Source: an uncultured Acidobacteriota bacterium
GTDB lineage: Bacteria > Acidobacteriota > Thermoanaerobaculia > Multivoradales > UBA5704
DNA length: 64,000 nt
Direction of reading: 5' to 3'
NCBI GenBank assembly: GCA_963770895.1
Contig: CAVYRF010000002.1
Location: 5,376,001-5,440,000, forward strand
The first letter of the stretch is position 1; every line of letters starts with the position of its first letter. Below, in pieces: positions 41,106 to 49,445 of the stretch. The notes below the pieces were generated by a model that worked only from the letters and a program-made list of their open reading frames with translations, did no database searches and had not been told where the DNA came from. A program made the translations under genes and the position numbers.

Positions 41106-44100
41106 ATGGAAAGAGACGAGATCGCGGCGCGCCTCGCCGGCCTGTCGCCGGCCAAACGCGCGCTGCTCGACCGGCGCCGGCGGGGCGAAGCGGCGGCTCC
41201 CAGGACCGACGTCCTGGTGCGCCGCGCCGGCGCCGGACCGGCGCCGCTGTCCTTTTCACAGCAGCGCCTGTGGCTGCTCGATCAGCTCGATCCGGGCACG
41301 CCGGCGTACAACCTCCGCATCCTGCTGCAGCTGACGGGCACCGTCGACCGCCGGGCGCTGGCGCGCAGCTTCGCGGCGATGGTTGCGCGCCACCACGTGT
41401 TGCGTTCGGCGCACACCGTCGCCGACGGCGCGCCGGTGCAGGTCGTGCTGCCGCACCTGGACCTGCCGCTGCCGGCGATCGATCTTGCCGCGCTGCCACC
41501 GCCGCGGCGGCAGGGTGAGGCGTTGCGCCAGGCGCGCCTGCTGGCGGGCCTGGGCTTCGACCTGGCGCGGCCGCCGCTGCTGCGGACGATATCGATGGTC
41601 TGTGGCGACTCCCTTGACCTCCTGCTGGTCGTTCTGCACCACGCCGTCGCCGACGGCTGGTCGTTCGACGTCGTGCTGCGCGAATTGACCGCGCTGTACA
41701 CCGCGTTCACCCAGGGGCTGCCGTCGCCGCTTGCCGAGCTGCCGCTGCAGTACGCCGACTTCGCGGTCTGGCAACGGCAGCAGTTCACCGACGGAGCCCT
41801 GGCCGGTGAGCTGGCGCACTGGCGGCGCCAGCTGGCGGGAGCGCCGCCGGCCACCGAGCTGCCGACCGATCGCCCGCACCCGGCACGCCCCAGCGGGCGC
41901 GGCGCTTCGCGAGCGTTCGCGCTGCCGCCCCAGGCCGCCGCGGCGGCGGCGGAGCTGGCCCGCCGCCAGGCGGCGACACCGTTCATGGTGCTGCTGGCGA
42001 CGCTGCAAGCGCTGCTGCTGCGCTACACCGGCGAGGAAGACCTGGTCGTCGGCTCGCCGGTGGCCGGCCGCAACCGCCCGGAGGTCGCGGGATTGATCGG
42101 GTTTTTCGTCAACACCCTGGCGCTGCGCGGCGACCTGGCCGGCGACCCGGCGTTCCAGGAGCTGCTGGCGCGGGCGCGGGACACCGTGCTGGATGCCTTT
42201 GCCCACCAGGACCTGCCGTTCGAAAGGCTGGTCGAAGAGCTGCACCCGCAGCGCGATCCGGGCAGGCACCCGATCTTCCAGGTGATGCTGGCGTTCCAGC
42301 ACGCGCCGGCCGGCGACGTGCAGCTCCCCGGCCTGGCCCTGCGCCAGGTCGAGATCGAAAGCGGCAGCGCCATGTTCGAGCTGTCGTGGAGCCTGCGCCA
42401 GCGCCAGGACGGCCTGGTGGGCACCGTCGAATATTCGACCGACCTGTTCGACGCCACGACCGCGGAGCGCTGGATCGCGCATTTCGAGCGCCTGCTGGTG
42501 GGGGGCCTGGAGGACCCGCAGCGGCGGCTCTCTGAGATCCCGCTGCTGAGCGCCGCCGAAGCGGAGGCGTTGACGCGCTGCAACCAGAGCGCCGTGCCGT
42601 TCGGCGACGCCGCCTGCCTGCACGACATGTTCGCGGCGCAGGCGGCGGCCCATGGGGATACGCCGGCGGTGGTGTTCCAGGACCGGGTGCTGACCTATGG
42701 CGAGCTCGACCGGCGCAGCGGCCTGCTGGCGCGGCACCTGCAAAACCTGGGGGTCGCCGCCGACGTGCCGGTGGGGCTGTGCGTCGGCCGTTCGCTCGAC
42801 CTGGCGGTGGGGATCCTGGGCGTCCTCAAGGCCGGCGGTGCCTACGTGCCGCTCGACGAAACCCATCCGCCGGAGCGCCTGGCGATGATGCTGGCCGACG
42901 CGCGCTGCCCGGTGCTGCTGACGCAGGCGCAGCTGGCCGAGCGCTGGCCGCCGCAGCAGGCCGTGGTGCTGCGGCTGGACGGCGACTGGGACGCGATCGC
43001 CCATGCCGGCGCGGCGGCCACGGCCGCGGCCGGTGGGGCGGGGCGGGCGCCGGTGACCGCGGCCAACCTGGCCTACGTGATCTATACGTCGGGTTCGACC
43101 GGCAGACCCAAGGGCGTCGCCTGCTCCCACGCCGGCGTGGTCAACATCATGGCCGACCTGGAGCGCCGCTGGCAGGTGGGGGCGGGCGATGGGTGCGCGA
43201 TGTGGACCGGCGCCAGCTTCGACGTCGCGGTGTGGGAGATCTTTTCGGCGCTCTGCCACGGCGGCACGCTGCACATCCCCGCCGAAAGCGAGCGCACCAC
43301 CGCCGCCGCGCTGTTCCCCTGGATGGTGCGGCACGCCATCCGCAGCCTCTACCTGCCGGGCTTCCTGCTGGCCGCCTACGCCCGCTGGGTGGGCGCCGGC
43401 GACGCCTCCCGCCGGCAGCTGGCGCGCCTGCTGGTGGGCGTCGAACCGATCGCCGAGCGGTTGCTGGCCGACCTGCTGGCGGCGGTGCCGGGGCTGCGCA
43501 TCGTCAACGGCTACGGCCCCACCGAGGCGACGGTGTGCGCCACCTTCTACGACCTGGGGCGGGGACCGGCCGGGCAAGGGCGCACCCCCATCGGGCTGCC
43601 GGTGGCGAACTGCCGCGTCCACCTGCTCGATCCGCACCTGGCGCAGGTGCCGCCCGGCGTACCGGGCGAGGTGGCGATCGGCGGTCCCGGCCTGGCGCGC
43701 GGCTATTTCGACGACCCGCGGCGCACCGCCCTCAGCTTCGTCCCCGACCCCTTCGGCGCCGCCGCGGGCGAACCGGGCGGGCGCCTGTACCGCACCGGCG
43801 ACCGCGCCCGCCGCCGCGCCGACGGCAACCTGATCTTCCTCGGCCGCAGCGACCACCAGGTGAAGCTGCGCGGCGTGCGCGTCGAGCTGGCGGAGATCGA
43901 CCAGGCGCTCTGCCAGCATCCGGCGGTGCGCACGGCGGTGGCGGTGGTGCGCCCCGATCCCGGCGGCGAAAAGCAGCTGGTGGCCTACGTCGTGGCGCGC
44001 CAGGGGCACGGCGTGAGCGGCGGAGGCAGTGCGGAAGCTGGCGCCGGTTTGAGCGGCGCGGGCGACCCTGGCGGCGAGCTCGCGGATTGGCGGGAATTTC

Positions 44101-47100
44101 TGCTGCAACGGCTGCCGTCCGCCATGCTGCCCGCGGCGCTGGTCGTGCTGGCCGCCCTGCCGCTCACCGCCGGCGGCAAGGTCGACCGGCGGGCGCTGCC
44201 CGAGCCCGATTGGCGCCAGGCCCACGAGGCGCATCGCTTCGTGCCGCCGCGCAACCAGGTCGAGGCGCTGCTGGCCGGCATCTGGGCCGAGCTTCTGGGG
44301 CGCGGCCCGGTCAGCGTCGAAGACGACTTCCTGGGCTCCGGCGGGCATTCGCTGCTGGCGGCGCAGGTGGTGTCTCGGGTGCGCCAGCTGTGCGGCGTCG
44401 AGCTGCCGCTGCGCGCTCTCTTCGAGGCGCGCACGGTGCGCGGCCTGGCGGAGCAGGTGGAGGCGGCGACCGGCGCGGGCGGCGCACCGCCGCCCATCGT
44501 GGCGCAGCCGCGCGGCGCCACCGCGCCGCTGTCGTTCGCGCAGCAGCGGCTGTGGTTTCTGGAACAGTTCCAGCCCGGCACGGCTCTCTTCAACATGCCG
44601 GGCGCGGTGCGCCTCAGCGGGCCGCTGCGCTACCCGCTGCTGCGCCGCGCCCTGGACCAGATCGTGGCGCGCCACGAGGTGCTGCGCACCACCTTCGTCA
44701 CCGTGGACGGCCAGCCGGTGCAGGCGATCGCCGCCGCCGCGGCGCCGGGACCGGAGCCGCAGCAGCCGCTGCCGGTCGTGGACCTGACGGCGCTGCCCGA
44801 GGGCGGCCGCGACGCCCTTCTGCGGCGGCTCATCGCCGCCGAAGCGCGCCGTCCCTTCGACCTTGCCGCCGGAACGCGAGCTGAGGCGGGTGCCGGCGGG
44901 CCACCGCGGTCCGCCGGCCGAGCTCAGGCGAGTGCCGGCGGGCCATCGAGGCCGGCCGGCCTGCTGCGCACCAGCCTGCTGCGCCTGGGGCCGGCGGAGC
45001 ACGTGGCGCTGCTCACCTTCCATCACACGGTGGCGGACGGCTGGTCGCTGTCGGTCTTCCTGCGCGAGCTGGCGGCGCTGGTCGGCGCCTGGTCGGCGGG
45101 GCACCCCTCGCCCCTGGCCCCACTGCCCTTCCAATACGCCGACTTCGCCATCTGGCAGCGGCAGTGGCTGCAAGGGCAGGCGCTGGCGGGCGAGCTGGGC
45201 TACTGGCGGCAGCAGCTGGCCGGCGTGCCGCAGCTGCTGGAGCTGCCCACCGACCGGCCGCGTCCCGTCGAGCAGAGCTTCCGCGGCAGCTCGCGCCAGC
45301 TCACCCTGGACGCGCCCGTCGTCGCGGCGCTGACGGCGTGGGGCCAGCACCGCGGCGGCACGCTGTTCATGACGCTGCTCGCCGGCTTCGCGGCACTGCT
45401 CGGCCGCCTCGCCGGGCAGACCGACGTGGTGATCGGCTCGCCGATCGCCGGCCGCGACCGCCGCGAGCTGGAGGGGCTGATCGGCCTCTTCGTCAACACC
45501 CTGGCGCTGCGCGTCGACCTGGCGCAGCAGCCCGACGGCGACCTGCTGCTCGATCGCATCCGCCGCATGGCGCTGGGCGCCTATACCCACTCGCACGTGC
45601 CGTTCGAGCGGCTGGTCGACGAGCTGAGCCCGGCGCGCAGCGGCAGCCACGCGCCGATCGCGCAGGTGGCGCTGGTGCTGCAAAACCTGCCGCCGGCGCC
45701 GCTGCGGCTGCCCGGCCTGGCGATGGAGCCGCTGGCGGCGGCGAGCGATACCGCCAAGGTCGATCTCACGCTGTCGCTCACCGAGGTGGAGGGCACCCTG
45801 ACCGGCGCGCTGGAGTGGGCCGCCGACCTGTTCGATGGCACCACCATCGACCGCCTGGCGGGGCACCTGGCGGTGGTGCTCGCCGCCCTGGCGGCCCACC
45901 CCGAGCGCCGCGTCAGCGACCTGCCGCTGCTCACCGCCGGCGAACGGCACCAGCTGGTGCACGAATGGAACGACACCGCGGCGGCGGCCGGCGGGGCCGG
46001 CGGCACCGCCTGGCGCGGCCGCTGCCTGCACGAGCTGTTCGAGGAGCAGGCCGAGCGCACCCCCGGCGCCCTGGCGGCGGCCAGCGGGGTCGGTGGCGCC
46101 GGCGGTGCGTCGCTCACCTACGCGGAGCTGGATCGGCGCGCCAACCAGGTGGCGCGGTTCCTGATGGCGCGCGGGGTCGGACCCGAGGTCCGCGTCGGCC
46201 TGTGCATGGAGCGTTCGCCGCTGCTGCTGACCGCCATCCTGGGTATCTGGAAGGCGGGCGGCGCCTACCTGCCGCTCGATCCGGCGCAGCCGCGCGAGCG
46301 CCTTGCCGGGCTCGCCGCGGAAGTGGCGCTGGTGGTGACCGAGACGCGCTGGCGCGAGCGCCTGCCGGCGGCGGCCGCGGCGGTCGAGCTCGACGCCGTG
46401 CAGCGCCAGCTGGACGGCGTCGACGGCCGCCGCCCGGCGGTGCGGATGGCGGCGGCCAACCTGGCCTACGTCCTGTACACCTCGGGCTCGACCGGCGCGC
46501 CCAAGGGGATCATGGTCAGCCATCGCGGCCTGGTCCACTACCTGACCTGGGCGGTCGAGGCGTACCAGATGCGGCTGGGGGGCGGCGCCCCGGTCACCTC
46601 GCCGCTCGCCTTCGACCTGACGGTGACGGCGCTGTTGGCGCCGCTGCTCGCTGGGCGCTGCGTCGAGCTGCGCGGCGGCGGCGGCGAAGGCGGCGACGAC
46701 GGCTTCGAGGCGCTGCGCTCGGTGTTGGGGGGTGGCGGTGTGGACGGCGTGGGCGGCGTTGGTGACATTGCCGACTACAGCCTGGTCAAGCTCACCCCCG
46801 CCCACCTTGAGCTGCTGCGTCAGGATCCGGCCGGCTGGGACCTCCGGGCGCGCGTGCGGGTGCTGATCCTGGGCGGCGACGCGCTGCAGGGGGAGACCTT
46901 GGACCTGTGGCGCACCCGCAGCCCCGCGACGCGGGTGATCAACGAGTACGGTCCGACCGAAACCGTGGTCGGCTGCTGCGTCTACGAGGTGCCCGCCGGC
47001 GCCGCCGCCGCGGGGCCGGTGCCGATCGGGCGGCCGATTCCCAACATGCGCGCCTACGTGCTGGACGCCAACCTGCTGCCGCTGCCGGTGGGCGTGCCCG

Positions 47101-49445
47101 GCCACCTGCACCTGGCGGGGGCGGGCCTGGCGCGCGGCTACCACGGACTGCCGGGGCTGACCGCGGATCGGTTCATTCCCGATCCCTTTGCCGCCGCCCC
47201 CGGCGGCGAACGGCTGTACCGCACCGGCGACCTGGTGCGGGCGCTGCCCGACGGCCGCCTGGACTTTCAGGGGCGCATCGACCACCAGGTCAAGGTGCGC
47301 GGCTTCCGCATCGAGCTGGGCGAGATCGAATCGGCCCTGGCGGCGCACCCCGGCGTGCTGGCGGCGGCAGTGGCCGCCCCCGCCGGCGCCGCCGGGCAGC
47401 GGCGGCTGGTGGCCTTCTGGGTGCCGCGGCCGGCTGACGCCGCCGTTGCCGCAGACACGCTGGCGCCGGGCGACCCCGCGGCGGCCGCGCAGCTCCAGCT
47501 GACGCCGGCCGCGCTGCGCGCCTTTCTGGGCGGGCGGCTGCCGGAGTACATGGTGCCGGCGTCGTTCGTGGCGCTGGCGGCGCTGCCGCAGACGCCCAAC
47601 GGCAAGCTCGACCGGCGGGCGCTGCTCGCCCGCGCCGCGGCGGGGGAGGGCGAACGCTCGGGCGCCGCCGCGCTGTTGTCCGGCGGGGTCGGCGGGGCCG
47701 GCGCTGGCGGCGGTGACGCCGCCGCGGCGCGCGCCTTGACGCCGGTCGAAGCGACGCTGGCGGCGGTCTGGGCCGAGGTGCTGCGGCGCCCGGACGTCGC
47801 CCTGCACGACAACTTTTTCGAGCTGGGGGGCGACTCCATCCTGTCGCTCCAGGTCGTCGCCAAGGCCCGCCAGGCGGGGCTCCTGCTGCGCTCGCGCGAC
47901 CTGTTCCAGTATCAGACCGTGGCGCAGCTGGCGGTGGTGGCGGTGGAGGAGGCGGCGCAGGCCGCCGGCGGTGCCGTGGCGGAAACCGGCGACGGCCCGC
48001 TGACGCCGATCCAGCACTGGTTCTTCTCCCTGGGCCTCACCGACCCCCACCACTTCAACCAGGCGCTGATGGTGGACGTGCGGCCGGCGGTGACGCCGCG
48101 CGGTCTGCGCCAGGCGCTGTCGCGCGTCGCCGCCCGGCATCCGGCCCTGCACAGCCGCTTTGCGCACGAGGCGGAGCTGGGCTGGCGCCAGGTCGCGGTG
48201 CCGGCGCCGGCGGCGGGCGTGGCGCTGCCGATCGTCGACCTGTCGGCCCTGCCGGCGGCGCGGCGCGCTGCCGCCGTGGAGGCCGCGGCGGGCAGCCTGC
48301 AGCAGAGCCTGGACGTCGAGCGCGGGCCGCTCTTCCGGCTGGCGCTGTTCGCCCTGGGCGACGCCGGGCGGCGGCTCTTCCTGGTGTTCCACCACCTGGT
48401 CATCGACGTCGTGTCGTGGCGCATCCTGCTGGCGGACCTCGAAGCCGCCTACCAGGCGTATGACGGAGGGAACGAGCCGGCGCTGCCGCCGGAGCTCACC
48501 TCGCCGCGGCGCTGGGCGGCGCAGCTGGCGGCGCACGCTCGGGAGGCGGCCGTGGCGGCCGAGCTGGACTATTGGCTGGACGGCGCCCGCGCCGGCGTCC
48601 GCCCGCTGCCGCGCGACCGGGCGGCGGCGACCAACGGCATGAGCGAAGCCAGCGTCGTCCTGGTCGACCTGGACGGCGACGAAACCAGGGCGCTGCTCGA
48701 GACGCTGCCGGCGACCCATCACGTGGCGATCCAGGACGTGCTGCTGACCGCGCTGGCGCAGGTGCTTGCCGGCTGGCAGCGCGAAACCCGGCTGCTGGTG
48801 GACCTGGAGGGGCACGGCCGCGAAGAGCTGTTCGCCGGCGTCGACACCGCGCGCACCGTCGGCTGGCTCACCACGCTGTACCCGGTGCTGCTCCAGCTGG
48901 ACGGCGGCGACACGCGCCGGCCGCTCGACCAGCTGCGCGCGATCAAGGAGCAGCTGCGCGCCGTGCCGCGCGGCGGCATCGGCTACGGCCTGCTGCGCTA
49001 CCTGGGCACGCCGGAGCAGAGGCAGGCGCTCGACCGCCTGCCGGCGGCGGAAGTGGTGTTCAACTACCTGGGCCAGCTCGACCGCGGCCTGCCCGAATCG
49101 CGGTTCTTCGGCCTGGCCGGCGAAAGCGGCGGCGCGCCGCGCAGCGCGCGGCAGCAGCGCAATCACCTGCTGGAGATCAACGGCGGCGTCTTCGCCGGCT
49201 GCCTGCGGTTGATCTGGACGTACAGCGCCGGTGCCCACGATCGCGCCACGATCGAGGCGCTGGTGGACCGCTTCCGTGCCGCCCTGCGCTCGTTGATCGA
49301 GCAGGGCACGCGCCAGGAAGCGGCCAGCTTCACGCCCTCGGACTTCCCCGAGGCGCGCCTGGGTCAAAAGGATCTCGACATGTTGATCGCCCGCATCGGC
49401 AAGCGTCCGCCCGCGGCAAGGACAGGACGGCCGAAGTCCGTATGA
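41106..49445 (+). CDS. NRPS-B, 2 modules: C-A(unknown)-T-C-A(Asn)-T-E-COM donor
   Basis: GAGGA before ATG 41106. A2 code DLTKIGEVGK (Asn) and T2 GGDS. E motifs HHLVID, EGHGRE, RTVGW, GIGYGLLRY and FNYLGQ. C-terminal TPSDFP...DLDML. Confidence 0.95.
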   Translation: MERDEIAARLAGLSPAKRALLDRRRRGEAAAPRTDVLVRRAGAGPAPLSFSQQRLWLLDQLDPGTPAYNLRILLQLTGTVDRRALARSFAAMVARHHVLRSAHTVADGAPVQVVLPHLDLPLPAIDLAALPPPRRQGEALRQARLLAGLGFDLARPPLLRTISMVCGDSLDLLLVVLHHAVADGWSFDVVLRELTALYTAFTQGLPSPLAELPLQYADFAVWQRQQFTDGALAGELAHWRRQLAGAPPATELPTDRPHPARPSGRGASRAFALPPQAAAAAAELARRQAATPFMVLLATLQALLLRYTGEEDLVVGSPVAGRNRPEVAGLIGFFVNTLALRGDLAGDPAFQELLARARDTVLDAFAHQDLPFERLVEELHPQRDPGRHPIFQVMLAFQHAPAGDVQLPGLALRQVEIESGSAMFELSWSLRQRQDGLVGTVEYSTDLFDATTAERWIAHFERLLVGGLEDPQRRLSEIPLLSAAEAEALTRCNQSAVPFGDAACLHDMFAAQAAAHGDTPAVVFQDRVLTYGELDRRSGLLARHLQNLGVAADVPVGLCVGRSLDLAVGILGVLKAGGAYVPLDETHPPERLAMMLADARCPVLLTQAQLAERWPPQQAVVLRLDGDWDAIAHAGAAATAAAGGAGRAPVTAANLAYVIYTSGSTGRPKGVACSHAGVVNIMADLERRWQVGAGDGCAMWTGASFDVAVWEIFSALCHGGTLHIPAESERTTAAALFPWMVRHAIRSLYLPGFLLAAYARWVGAGDASRRQLARLLVGVEPIAERLLADLLAAVPGLRIVNGYGPTEATVCATFYDLGRGPAGQGRTPIGLPVANCRVHLLDPHLAQVPPGVPGEVAIGGPGLARGYFDDPRRTALSFVPDPFGAAAGEPGGRLYRTGDRARRRADGNLIFLGRSDHQVKLRGVRVELAEIDQALCQHPAVRTAVAVVRPDPGGEKQLVAYVVARQGHGVSGGGSAEAGAGLSGAGDPGGELADWREFLLQRLPSAMLPAALVVLAALPLTAGGKVDRRALPEPDWRQAHEAHRFVPPRNQVEALLAGIWAELLGRGPVSVEDDFLGSGGHSLLAAQVVSRVRQLCGVELPLRALFEARTVRGLAEQVEAATGAGGAPPPIVAQPRGATAPLSFAQQRLWFLEQFQPGTALFNMPGAVRLSGPLRYPLLRRALDQIVARHEVLRTTFVTVDGQPVQAIAAAAAPGPEPQQPLPVVDLTALPEGGRDALLRRLIAAEARRPFDLAAGTRAEAGAGGPPRSAGRAQASAGGPSRPAGLLRTSLLRLGPAEHVALLTFHHTVADGWSLSVFLRELAALVGAWSAGHPSPLAPLPFQYADFAIWQRQWLQGQALAGELGYWRQQLAGVPQLLELPTDRPRPVEQSFRGSSRQLTLDAPVVAALTAWGQHRGGTLFMTLLAGFAALLGRLAGQTDVVIGSPIAGRDRRELEGLIGLFVNTLALRVDLAQQPDGDLLLDRIRRMALGAYTHSHVPFERLVDELSPARSGSHAPIAQVALVLQNLPPAPLRLPGLAMEPLAAASDTAKVDLTLSLTEVEGTLTGALEWAADLFDGTTIDRLAGHLAVVLAALAAHPERRVSDLPLLTAGERHQLVHEWNDTAAAAGGAGGTAWRGRCLHELFEEQAERTPGALAAASGVGGAGGASLTYAELDRRANQVARFLMARGVGPEVRVGLCMERSPLLLTAILGIWKAGGAYLPLDPAQPRERLAGLAAEVALVVTETRWRERLPAAAAAVELDAVQRQLDGVDGRRPAVRMAAANLAYVLYTSGSTGAPKGIMVSHRGLVHYLTWAVEAYQMRLGGGAPVTSPLAFDLTVTALLAPLLAGRCVELRGGGGEGGDDGFEALRSVLGGGGVDGVGGVGDIADYSLVKLTPAHLELLRQDPAGWDLRARVRVLILGGDALQGETLDLWRTRSPATRVINEYGPTETVVGCCVYEVPAGAAAAGPVPIGRPIPNMRAYVLDANLLPLPVGVPGHLHLAGAGLARGYHGLPGLTADRFIPDPFAAAPGGERLYRTGDLVRALPDGRLDFQGRIDHQVKVRGFRIELGEIESALAAHPGVLAAAVAAPAGAAGQRRLVAFWVPRPADAAVAADTLAPGDPAAAAQLQLTPAALRAFLGGRLPEYMVPASFVALAALPQTPNGKLDRRALLARAAAGEGERSGAAALLSGGVGGAGAGGGDAAAARALTPVEATLAAVWAEVLRRPDVALHDNFFELGGDSILSLQVVAKARQAGLLLRSRDLFQYQTVAQLAVVAVEEAAQAAGGAVAETGDGPLTPIQHWFFSLGLTDPHHFNQALMVDVRPAVTPRGLRQALSRVAARHPALHSRFAHEAELGWRQVAVPAPAAGVALPIVDLSALPAARRAAAVEAAAGSLQQSLDVERGPLFRLALFALGDAGRRLFLVFHHLVIDVVSWRILLADLEAAYQAYDGGNEPALPPELTSPRRWAAQLAAHAREAAVAAELDYWLDGARAGVRPLPRDRAAATNGMSEASVVLVDLDGDETRALLETLPATHHVAIQDVLLTALAQVLAGWQRETRLLVDLEGHGREELFAGVDTARTVGWLTTLYPVLLQLDGGDTRRPLDQLRAIKEQLRAVPRGGIGYGLLRYLGTPEQRQALDRLPAAEVVFNYLGQLDRGLPESRFFGLAGESGGAPRSARQQRNHLLEINGGVFAGCLRLIWTYSAGAHDRATIEALVDRFRAALRSLIEQGTRQEAASFTPSDFPEARLGQKDLDMLIARIGKRPPAARTGRPKSV
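44877..44960 (+). repeat. In-frame 2 x 42-bp hairpin repeat in NRPS-B C2 (copy 1 of 3)
   Basis: Encodes RAEAGAGGPPRSAG-RAQASAGGPSRPAG between PFDLAAGT and LLR. Confidence 0.9.

Noticed and set aside
40963-41499. 736-aa version of the Asp-box protein
   Set aside because: The extension overlaps NRPS-B antisense; RBS and signal peptide support a start at 40962 or shortly after.
48385-48420. E domain inactive because the motif reads HHLVIDV rather than HHxxxDG
   Set aside because: The catalytic His and Asp, EGHGRE and the other E motifs are intact, the preceding T is GGDS, and a DCL acceptor exists.
48572-49441. 1088-aa version of the permease
   Set aside because: The N-terminal extension overlaps the NRPS-B E domain in another frame; the ATGA-coupled start at 49442 is more plausible.
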